Below are positions 11,781 to 22,457 of a DNA stretch of 64,000 nt, piece after piece (within the stretch, counting starts at the first letter, position 1; every line of letters starts with the position of its first letter). Both the position numbers and the translations under genes were made by a program. The DNA comes from Macrostomum lignano (lineage: Eukaryota). Where the stretch lies: NCBI GenBank assembly GCA_002269645.1, contig NIVC01000558.1, positions 62,001-126,000 on the forward strand, given 5' to 3'. Below the pieces are notes generated by a model. That model was not told the origin of the DNA. It searched no databases and worked only from the letters and a program-made list of their open reading frames with translations.

Positions 11781-14147
11781 TTCTTTTGCGAATTGTTTTT
11801 CTTTTGCTTCACCATTTTCCCTGAACTGCTCTTTCTTTCGCTTTCCTCTTGCCTTTCTTGGTTCTTGTGTTTTTCTGTTTTTGGTTGACTCAATTTTGCG
11901 ACTTACCCCTGGTCAGCCACGATTTACGGTGGCCGGATCGGCCAGGTCGGCCAGCAGTTGCGCATGTATGAATATTTGTTGGCTCTTCATGGGAAGGGGT
12001 CACTGATAGAAAAAGCATTATGTCAAAATTAAGAGATCTTCATTCGGGAATTATTAATATCAAGGCTTGGAAGGAATTGCTTATTGCTATAATGCTATAA
12101 TGCTATAATTAGGGGTACCCTACTCTTAAGGAGAATTATTGAAATGTCAATGCTTTAGGGTTAAGATAGGGTTAGAAGGTTTATAAGAGATTTTTAAGAT
12201 TTCAAGGCTTATTGGGAATATTGGGGTTATCACTAAGATGTCAAAGGGGAAGTTGATATATTAAGGCTTGGAAGTTGTAGGAGGGATTGCTAAGATATCA
12301 AGGCTTACAAGGGATTGCTATTTGTTGCAATTATTGCAGAGATGCTATATAGAGTTTATTAAAAATGAGGAGTGCTAATTGCCAGTTGTATCTTGAAATT
12401 AGACCTTGGATATGATTTTGCATCTTAGTGTTAGCAAAAAAGCCCAGCCTATAGCCATTTCATAGTGTAGCTATTTTGCATATAGCCATTTTAAGATATA
12501 TCTAACAAAAAGTTGCATTTTTGTGATATTTTTAATACTTTTTGTATGTTAAAAGAAAGGCAAAGGCAAGTTGTCAAATTGACAATCCAAATTAAAAATA
12601 AAAGAAAAACAAAATTCAAAAAATATAAAAAATAATATAAACAAGCCAAATTGTTTATAGTAGGATTAGGAATCAAACCTGTACTACAAACCTGTAAGTC
12701 ATATGTCCAATGTTATTAACTGCTAGACTACAACATTAGTGAGGTATATAATAAAATATTTCTGATTTTCTAATTTTAATAAAGTAGTCTAAAGTTGAAC
12801 CTAATTTTATTTTTATTGGGTACCTAATAAAAAAGTGTTGAAGTAACTATTAAAAATTACATTTAATATTTGCATTAGGTTCACTTTGTTTTTTTTATAG
12901 ATTTTTAATGACAACTACATGCCTTCAGTGGTAGGTTTTAACCTTTGTGGCTAGCTAAACTAGGTAATCCCCATATATCAAGAATCAATACCTAATTGTA
13001 ACCTATTAATTGCCTAATTGCCTAATTACTTAAATCAATTCTTATGAAGGATTTCTTCTAGATCTCTAAAAGTGGAGGTTATAAAACTAAATCAAAATAA
13101 ACTAGGCCTATTAATAGTATATCATGTGTATATACAATGTCTGATTTCTATTAGCCAAAACAGTTTGTTTAAAAATAAGACTTAGTTATAGTTGCAACCA
13201 ATATAATTTTATAAAAAAATAATTTATAATTGTTTTATACCATTTTTAATGGATACTAGATTATTTTCTATTTTTTTGCTTGGCACTACTATGAATAATT
13301 TCCCAGTAACTCAATGGGTGCCGTAATTCCCTTTAGTCATTGGTCATAGTCCTTTAGTGCTACCCTGTATTTGCTGTATGGCATATGAGGGTATGAATTT
13401 CTATGCCTTTAAATTATTTTGTCAATTCCAATTGGTATTGATACAGAAAAAGGGATAGAGATATTGTATAAAAGTTTAAATAAATGAGATTTTTAAGACT
13501 TGCAGCTATATAGAATACATTATTTCTAATACAAAATATTTCTACAAGTCAGTTACTTAGGCAAAAGAGGGTAATAAAGCTATAAAATATATCAAAATAC
13601 AGAAATAATATAAATAAATTGAAGTTTAAGTCCTCTCAGCACAGTGGCTAGTTCTTATTTCTTCTGAAACTTTGGCAGCTTGCCCAAAGCTATTTGTGAG
13701 TTTGTCACTGGCCATTTACATGCATTCCTCTTAAAATAAATTGCTCAGTAGTGAGCACTGTATCCTCATGCTTTGATTCCAAGTTTCCAAGCATGTTTTT
13801 GAGGCAATCTAAACTTTCGCCTTAAAATCCGAGCCTCTGTAGTACATACACTCAGGCCACTCTTTATCCTAATTGCCTATCCAATCCTAGCACATTACCC
13901 TTACTTGTCTTGCCTTTAACTGACTTTGTACATGAAACAGGATTGTAATAGGAAACGGACTTAGAGCTGAATGGCATACCACTCTGGATGTGAAGCAGTT
14001 GATTTTTTGTTAGAAAGAGAACTGCATGTCATTAAAATTCATTGCAACGAGAAAGCAACACTCAGTGGGTGCCACTCTTCTCTGCATTCAGTTTACAAAT
14101 TGCAACTGAATGTGAGTAATTAATAGCAGCATATTTCTTTTCATGCC

Positions 14148-16496
14148 ATGTCATCCTCTCTATTCGTGCTTGACAACAACAGTACTGACAGTGACGGCGG
14201 CCCTGAGGGTCGCCGCCCACCGCCACCGCAAGCCAGCCGACTTGGCCCAGCTGCATTCGATGATGAAGACGATGCTCTGTTTGCCTCGGTGCCAATGCCA
14301 GACTTCGCTAATGACGATAATGCAGGCCTGGAGGCTGCGGCAGCTGACCCAGCAGTCACTGGTGCCCTGTCCTATGGAGCCGATTGCGAACAACGGCCTC
14401 AACGGCCGGCACCTTCCACCGTGCCGAAACGACAGCAGAATCGACCGGCGTCCTCTGTCCAAGCATCATCCGATGAGACAGTCTATCCAGTTGCTCAGTC
14501 AACTCAGCTGCCTTCTAGACAGCAGCATCCGCATCAGACACCAAAGCCGAAGCCGCCATCTTCTCATCGGCGCTCATCGTCAGGAAAATTTCCCGGGCCA
14601 GCTGGTCGACTGCCCCGACTAAAAGTGCCGCCGGATTCTGGTCGCGGCGGCCAAGGCGTGGCGAATGCGTTTGTCGAGGCTGCCAGGAAGTTGAATGCTG
14701 CGGCTTCCGCGGCCGCTGCTGCTGCCGCTGCGTCCAGGTGAACTTTGATGAGGGGGATTTGACAGAGAAAAAGGCTCTTAGATTCTTAGTGTCAGATTAG
14801 TGTCAGATTAGACTCTCAGTGTCAGATTAGACTCTTAGTGTCAAATTAGTCCCTTAGTGTCAGATTAGACTTTTAGTGTCAGATTAGACTCTTAGTGTCA
14901 GATTAGACTCTTAGTGTCAAATTAGTCCCTTAGTGTCAGATTAGACTTTTAGTGTCAGATTAGACTCTTAGTGTCAGAGTAGACTCTCAGTGTCAGAGTA
15001 GACTCTCAGTGTCAGAGTAGACTCTCAGTGTCAGATTAGACTCTCAGTGTCAGAGTAGACTCTCAGTGTCAGATTAGACTCTCAGTGTCAGATTAGACTC
15101 TTATTGTCAGCTTAGACTGTTTTTACCAGATTAGGCTCTTAGTTTCAGTTTAGACTGTTAGTGTCAGACTAGACTTTTTGTGTCAGATTAAACATTTAGT
15201 GTTAATTTAGACTGTTAGTGTCATCTCAGACTCAGATCAGTGTCAGCTCAGACTCGGATTAGTGTCAGCTCAGACTCTTAGTATCAGATTATACTAAGTG
15301 TCAGTGAAATCTCTTCATTCTGTTACTCAAATTGTAGCTCGTAATCAAATTGCAGACGAGAGGAGCGAGCTGCCACTGCTGGTGCTGGTGCCAGCGCTGT
15401 TGTCGCCGCCTCCTCGCAGACGTCGACAATCTCGAACGCTTCGTCATCGTCTGGCATTGACGAAGAGGCGTCCTGGTGCGCGGCAGCAGCGGACCTCGGG
15501 CCGGGTCTTTGCCGCTACCTCAGCCGCTACAGCATAGCGGAGTCCCTGCGGCTGGCCAGCAGCGGTCAGCTGCCCAGAAACAAAGTGCCAGCCATGCTAG
15601 TCATAGTTGAAACTATGGATCCTACAGCGGTAGATTGCGCCGCTAGCGTCAAGGACGCCACCGGACGTCTGCAAGCGACGCTGCACCGGCAGGTGTTTCG
15701 CGACCTTCGCGATCGGGTGCAACCTGGCGCGGCTCTGGTGCTCCGTCGGGTCACCCTGTTTAGCCCGGATCAGCGCAGTTACTATCTCAACATCACCATG
15801 GACAATATTGTTCGAGTCTACGATCGTTCCGGAGCTCCATTGCAATCGAATTCGTCTGCGACTGCAGCAGCTTCTACGCTTAGCAATGATGAAGTTCAAC
15901 GCCTGGAAGCTGAGTGCCTGCGGCCGAGGACTCCGCCGCCAAAGCGCGTGCCTGAGAGTCGGTACGATGTTTCCTCCGACTCAGGTAGCTCTAGTGCTGC
16001 TAGTTCGGCTACTCCTGTTAAAAGGTTCCGGTTTGCACCTGTTGGAACGCCTGAGCAGCATCCCCAGCAGCATCAGTCGCATCCTCAGTCTCGCCAGTCT
16101 TATCCTCAGCCTCATCAATCGCATCATCAGTCTCGCCAATCTTATCCCCAGCCTCATCAGCCGCATCCGCAATCTCGCCAATCTTATCCTCAGCCTCATC
16201 AGCCGCATCCGCAATCTCGCCAATCTTATCCTCAGCCTCATCAGTCGCATCCGCAATCTCGCCAATCTTATCCTCAGCCTCATCAGTCGCATCCGCAATC
16301 TCGCCAATCTTATCCTCAGCATCCTCAGCCTCATCCGCAATCTCGCCAATCTTATCCTCAGCATCCTCAGCCTCATCAAAATCAACAGCAGCGCAGCAGG
16401 CAGTCCTCGGACACTCGAGTATTGCAAGAGTCCTACAGGGAAGCATTCGAAGACAACATGGATGAATTATTGGCCAGCGCTTTGGACGATATTTGA
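14148..16496 (+). CDS. HROB: Homologous recombination OB-fold protein (MCM8/9 loader, C17orf53/MCM8IP orthologue)
   Basis: Exons 14148-14737 and 15356-16496 (phase 2, 576 aa). QLPRNKVPAMLVIV...VKDATGRLQATLHRQV...VQPGAALVLRRVTLFSPDQRSYYLNITMDNIVRVY matches the HROB OB-fold. Acidic C-terminal tip. Confidence 0.88.
14790..15300. repeat. 19-bp intronic minisatellite (agactcttagtgtcagatt)
   Basis: Tandem units fill the HROB intron. Confidence 0.9.
16060..16380 (+). repeat. Coding 42-bp minisatellite encoding (PQPHQSHPQSRQSY)n
   Basis: About 7 units, in frame within HROB exon 2. Confidence 0.85.
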
Positions 16497-16528
16497 AGGT
16501 TATTTTTGTGTTTTAACAGGACAAAAGC

Positions 16529-16534
16529 AATAAA
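16529..16534 (+). promoter_or_regulatory. Candidate poly(A) signal of HROB
   Basis: AATAAA about 30 nt after the stop codon, followed by U-rich sequence. Confidence 0.55.
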
Positions 16535-16989
16535 AATCTTTTCTATATATTATATACAGACATTTTTTCTCTTTCTGAACGGCTATTTTGTTTCTTGAAG
16601 CAGATTTCCATTAGAAATCCTGCATTTCCTTTATATTATAATTATAGCTATTAATATTTGTTTGTTTAATATAGTCTGAATTGGTGCTATGTTCTTAAAC
16701 TTGTTTACACGTGTCTTTGTTGACAAAACATCACTGTTGTACTTGAATAAGCCTGTTTTTTGTCGCATTTATTATATGCTGCTGTTTAAAAACAATGAAT
16801 AGTTAAAATTGAGTTTCCGTTCATTTATTCATAGTTAATATATGTATATATATAGTTGAGTTTGCATTCTGCTTTTGCAACTTTTTGGTTTAAAAAATAA
16901 GTTACTCATCTAAACACTTACAACTTCCCTAATTTCCCATGACTACCTGTCAGACTCACCAGCCCGTCTACCCAATCGTATCTGTCTGT

Positions 16990-17860
16990 CTAACTGCCTT
17001 TGTAGTGTTTACCTACCTACTTACCTTCCTTGCTCATATTTACCTGCCTATCTGCCTCGTCGCATCTGCCTACCTCTATACGAGATGCCAACCTACCTAC
17101 CTACCTACCTACCTGCCTACCTACATACCTACCCATGTAGCTACCTACCTACCTACCCATGTAGCTACCTACCTACCTACCCATGTAGCTACCCACCTTC
17201 CGACCTACCTACCTACCTATGTTGCTACCTACCTATCTTCTCCCCTCTCTCCCCTCTTCTCTCCTCTCCCATCCCCTCTCCTCTCCTCTTCTCTCCTTTC
17301 TCTCCTCTACCTACCGCCCTACTTATGTAGCTACCTACCTACCTACCTACCACCCTTTGTAGCTACCTACCTACCTACCTACTAAGTAGCTACCTAACTA
17401 CCTACCACCCTACCTTTGTAGCTAACTACCTAACTACCTACCAACCTACCTACCTACCTTATATACCTAACTACCTACCTACCTATGTAGCTACCCACCT
17501 ACGCACCTATCTACCTACCTACCTACCTACCTACCTACCTAACTACCTACCTACCTACCTAACTACCTATGTAGCTACCCACCTACGCACCTATCTACCT
17601 ACCTACCTACCTACCTACCTACCTACCTACCTACCTACCTAACTACCTATGTAGCTACCCACCTACGCACCTATCTACCTACCTACCTATCTATCTGCCT
17701 ATGTAGCTACCTACCTACCTACGCACCTACCTACTTGTATGTGTAGCTACTTACCTACCTACCTACCAATGTAGCTGTCTAAATACCTACCTATATATGT
17801 AGCTACCTACCTACCCACCCACGTACCTACCTGTCTACCTATCTACCTACCTACCTAACA
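16990..17860. repeat. (CTAC)n microsatellite with tgtag interruptions
   Basis: About 870 bp between HROB and UROD, ending just before a branch-like CTAAC and the acceptor TTGCAG. Confidence 0.95.
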
Positions 17861-17883
17861 GCACATTAACGCGTCTTGCAGCC

Positions 17884-20812
17884 ATGGCAACCGACGCGCC
17901 ATCCATCAAAGAAGCCGAGCTGGCCTCAGCAGCCGCTGTGCAAATTCCACCTGCCAGCAATTTCCCGGCGCTAAAGAACGACCTGATACTCCGCGCCGCC
18001 CGCCGTCAGCCGGTGCCCCGCGTGCCCGTGTGGCTGATGCGGCAGGCCGGCCGCTACCTGCCAGAGTTTAGGCAGACTCGGTCCAAGTATGACTTCTTCA
18101 CAATTTGCCGAACACCCAGCCTGGCTTGCGAGGTCACCCTACAGCCGATGCGCCGGTTCAACTTGGACGCTGCCATCATCTTCAGCGACATCCTGGTGGT
18201 GCCGCAGGCGCTGGGACTCGAGGTGGTCATGGTTGAAGGCAAAGGCCCGGTGCTGCCGAATCCCATTTCCGAGCCCAGCGATCTGGACCGCCTGCGCACT
18301 CCTGTTGATGTAGAGAAGGAGCTGGGCTATGTTATGCGGGCGATCACTCTGACCCGACACAGGCTTGATGGTGAGTTGCTCTCAACCTTCCTGGTTTCAG
18401 TCTATCATCCCTTAGGCTTATCTGTCACTCTCAGCCCAGGCCGATCTGTCACTCTCAGCCCAGGCCGATCTGTCACTCTCAGTTCAGGCCGATCTGTCAC
18501 TCTCAGTCCAAGCTGATCTGTCACTCTCAGTCCAAGCCGATCTGTCACTCTCAGCCCAGGCCGATCTGTCACTCTCAGCCCAGGCCGATCTGTCACTCTC
18601 AGCCCAGGCCGATCTGTCACTCTCAGCCCAGGCCGATCTGTCACTCTCAGTTCAGGCCGATCTGTCACTCTCAGTCCAAGCTGATCTGTCACTCTCAGTC
18701 CAAGCCGATCTGTCACTCTCTTGACTTACTTGACTTGGCCAGATGTGCAAATCCAATCTCACCCCAAACTGATCTGAATGTCACTCCTACTCCAGTCCAA
18801 TTTTACTCCAATCCAATTTTACTCTCATTCTCACTCAATCTAATCTCAATTTCACAAAAATCCATTCTCTGTCTAACATCAGTCTAATCTCACCCTCAAT
18901 CCAACCTCACTCTCACCCAAATCTAATCTCAATCTCACTCCGAATCTAATCTCATTCTCGCCCAAATTTAAATCTCACCCAACCCAGGTCAGGCCCCGCT
19001 AATCGGTTTCGCCGGTGCCCCCTGGACCCTGATGGCCTACATGATCGAAGGCGGCAGCTCCACCACCCACGCCAAGAGCAAGCGCTGGCTGTACGCTCAT
19101 CCGGCAGCCAGCAACCGTCTTCTAGACGCCATCACGGATGTTGTCATCGACTTCATGGTGGCGCAAATCCGCGCCGGTGCCCAGCTGGTGCAGCTGTTCG
19201 AGTCCCACTGCGGCTCGCTCACTCCCGAGCTGTTCCGCCGCTACGAGCTGCCTCGCCTGGCTCGCATCGCTGCTGAAACTCGTCGCCGACTAGGCGAAGC
19301 CGCCGTGCCGATGATCGCGTTCGCCAAGGACGGCCATTTCGCATTGGAGATGCTGGCCAAGGACTGCGGATTCGATGTGGTTAGCGTGGACTGGACTATG
19401 GAGCCGGCCGAGTGTCGTCGGAGGCTGGGCGACTGCCCGGTGGCTTTGCAGGGTGAGGGGATAATAGTTGCTTATACCGAAAGCTCAGCCGCAGCTATTG
19501 CACGGCGCATTTGAAGGCTGTGTACGGCTGTTCAGTCCAAGGACTGGGAGAGGGGGTCGCCACAGACACCCTCAATTGCTCCAGCTAATGCTGGCACCCA
19601 TTTTACAGCTGGGTGAACTGAAGCAATGCAGAGTTAAGTGTCTTGCTCAAGGATACAAATTGTTACAGAGGGATCAGGAATCGAACCCCCGACCTTCAAG
19701 TCGTGAGTTCGACGTTCTAATCACTAGGCTAGAACCCTAGGGGATTGAAGCTTGAGAAACTGCACGTTTGTTGTATTGTACAGTCTGCTTCGCATGCATG
19801 TGCTTATATAAGCCCAATATACTATCATGCACTTCTTATCCCAGCTCAATGTACACACTTTTCACCCCAGCCCAATGCACACACTTTTCACCCCAGCCCA
19901 ATGCACACACTTCACCCCAGCCCAATGTACACACTTTTCACCCCAGCCCAATGCACACACTTCACCCCAGCCCAATGCACACACTTCACCCCAGCCCAAT
20001 GCACACACTTCACCCCAGCCCAATGTACACACTTTTCAACCCAGCCCAATGCACACACTTCACCCCAGCCCAATGCACACACTTCACCCCAGCCCAATGC
20101 ACACACTTCACCCCAGCCCAATGTACACACTTTTCAACCCAGCCCAATGCACACACTTCACCCCAGCCCAATGCACACACTTCACCCCAGCCCAATGCAC
20201 ACACTTCACCCCAGCCCAATGCACACACTTCCTACCCCAGCCCAATGCACACATTTTTCACCCCAGCCCAATGTACACACTCCCTACCCCAGCCCAGTGT
20301 ACACCATGCACTTCCTACCCAGCTCAATGTACATCCTGAACCTCCTACCCCAGCCCAATGTACACCAGGCACTTCCTAACCCAGCCAATGTACATCACAC
20401 ACTTCCTACCCCAGCCAATGTACATCACACACTTCCTACCCCAGCCAATGTACATCACACACTTCCTACCCCAGCCAATGTACATCACACACTTCCTACC
20501 CCAGCCAATGTACATCACACACTTCCTACCCCAGCCAATCTGTACCAAGTGAGTTAGCCTTTGCCCTCCCTTAACTCCTATCTGCCGCACGCATCCGCAG
20601 GTAACCTGGACCCGGTGCTGATGGCCTGCACGGATCGCGACCAACTCAACCAGGAGGTGCACCGCATGCTGCAGGGTTTCGGCACCCGCGGCTACATCTG
20701 CAACCTGGGCCACGGCATCTATCCCGATGCCCAACCCGACACTGTTGGTGCTTTTATTGACGCGGTCCACCGGCTCTCCGAGTCTGCCGCTGCTGCCGCC
20801 GGGGACAAGTGA
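17884..20812 (+). CDS. UROD: Uroporphyrinogen decarboxylase
   Basis: Exons 17884-18370, 18988-19452 and 20601-20812 (387 aa). [55 protein letters not shown] and YICNLGHGI are all present. Confidence 0.97.
18420..18720. repeat. 24-bp intronic minisatellite (tctgtcactctcagcccaggccga)
   Basis: About 12 units in UROD intron 1. Confidence 0.92.
19482..19742 (-). mobile_element. tRNA-derived SINE with CORE-like central domain
   Basis: Minus strand: A-box TAGCCTAGTGATT and B-box GGTTCGATTCC, then ccttgagcaagacacttaac...cagctgtaaaatggg, which resembles the MIR/CORE domain. In UROD intron 2. Confidence 0.78.
19830..20550. repeat. 24/26-bp then 30-bp intronic minisatellite (ccccagcccaatgcacacacttca)
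   Basis: Tandem array in UROD intron 2. Confidence 0.92.
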
Positions 20813-21589
20813 CCCCCCCCCTGCCCCGGTGCCCCCCTCAAACTCATTAACTAGGCGCCTGTTCACCTTAAGAAATACTTTGCTTTTGCTATGTACCCAA
20901 AAATCCCTCAGGCAATACTCTTAATTATCCCCGATCACTGGGATTTCACAGGTATTAATTATCCCTAATCGCCAGGATCCCATAAGTATTAATTATCCTC
21001 AGTCTTACCGGGATGCCACAGGTATTGTTATCTTCAATCTTACCGGGATTTCACAGGTATTAATTATCCCTAAGCACCCCGGATCCACCAGGTATTAATT
21101 ATTCCCAATCCAAAAATCCCCCAGATACTAGTTATCCCAATAATTAATCGAATATTTCCAATGTCCCGTTAGGAGGGTTGGCAAAAGCAAATATTTTTAG
21201 CCCTATCAATTATTTTAAGCCTACTACTGATAATTAGTAGTCGGTAGTGTTTTTTAGTAGTTAATAATTTATGTAATCTGAGACCTGAGCAATTGTTTAG
21301 ATCAAGTGTTTATTTATAGTAGTGTAAAATGGTGACAATCGCTATAATATATAATATAGTATTATAATATATTATAAAAAAATCTATTATTAATGCAGCG
21401 AATCTATTATATGTAACCACAATTGTAATCGGATATAGTTTGCTTTACTATGGTGCATTTCTCTCTTGCTTTGACTCTAATAATAAATACTACTATTATT
21501 AGTGTTATATAGCATATGCTGGTGTTTTGAAGATGCTGTGTCTTAGAGCCTTCCTTTATCTGTTTTCTGAACACTAAGATAGGTGGACA

Positions 21590-22380
21590 CTAAAACAGGT
21601 AAGCACTAAGACAGTAGACGCTAAGACAGGTGGCCACTAAGACAGGTGGCCACTAAGACGAGTGAACACTAAAGTAGGTTAGACATCAAGACAGTTAGAC
21701 ATTAAGACAGAGTAGACATCAAGACAGGCAGACACCAAGACAAGATAGGCATTAAGACAGGCAGACACTAAGACAAAATAGGCATTAAGACGGGCAGACA
21801 CTAAGACAAGATAGGCATTAAGACAGGCAGACACTAAGACAAGATAGGCATTAAGACAGGCAGACACTAAGACAAGATATGCATTAAGACAGGCAGACAC
21901 TAAGACAAAATAGGCATTAAGACAGGCAGACACTAAGACAAAATAGGCATTAAGACAGGCAGACACTAAGACAAAATAGGCCTTAAGACAGGCAGACACT
22001 AAGACAAGATAGGCATTAAGACAGGCAGACACTAAGACAAAATAGGCATTAAGACAGGCAGACACTAAGACAAAATAGGCATTAAGACAGGCAGACACTA
22101 AGACAAAATAGGCATTAAGACAGGCAGACACTCGGATAGGCGGACACTGAGACAGGCAGATACTAGGACAGGCAGACACTAAGACAAGATAGGCATTAAG
22201 ACAGGCAGACACTAAGACAAGATAGGCATTAAGACAGGCAGATACTAGGACAGGCAGACACTAAGACAAGATAGGCATTAAGACAGGCAGACACTAAGAC
22301 AAGATAGGCATTAAGACAGGCAGACACTCGGACAGGCGGACACTAAGACAGGCAGATACTAGGACAGGCAGACACAGACA
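21590..22380. repeat. 33-bp minisatellite (ttaagacaggcagacactaagacaaaataggca)
   Basis: Tandem array between UROD and the LOTUS/Tudor gene. Confidence 0.92.
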
Positions 22381-22457
22381 GGCAAACATTAAGAATGGGT
22401 AGCTAAAAGACCAGTAGACCATCAGCTTTGACTACAAGAGTATCTTTTCTTCATGCC

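Larger units (their letters stand above)
9777..11970. mobile_element. Non-autonomous hAT-type DNA transposon (2.2 kb)
   Basis: Perfect 15-bp TIRs CATACATGCGCAACT (9777-9791 and 11956-11970). Perfect 8-bp TSD AATATTTG (9769-9776 and 11971-11978). Confidence 0.88.

Noticed and set aside
19675-19742. Possible tRNA gene on the minus strand
   Set aside because: A and B boxes continue into a CORE-like body and tail, and a deleted copy exists at 1355-1443. It is a SINE head.
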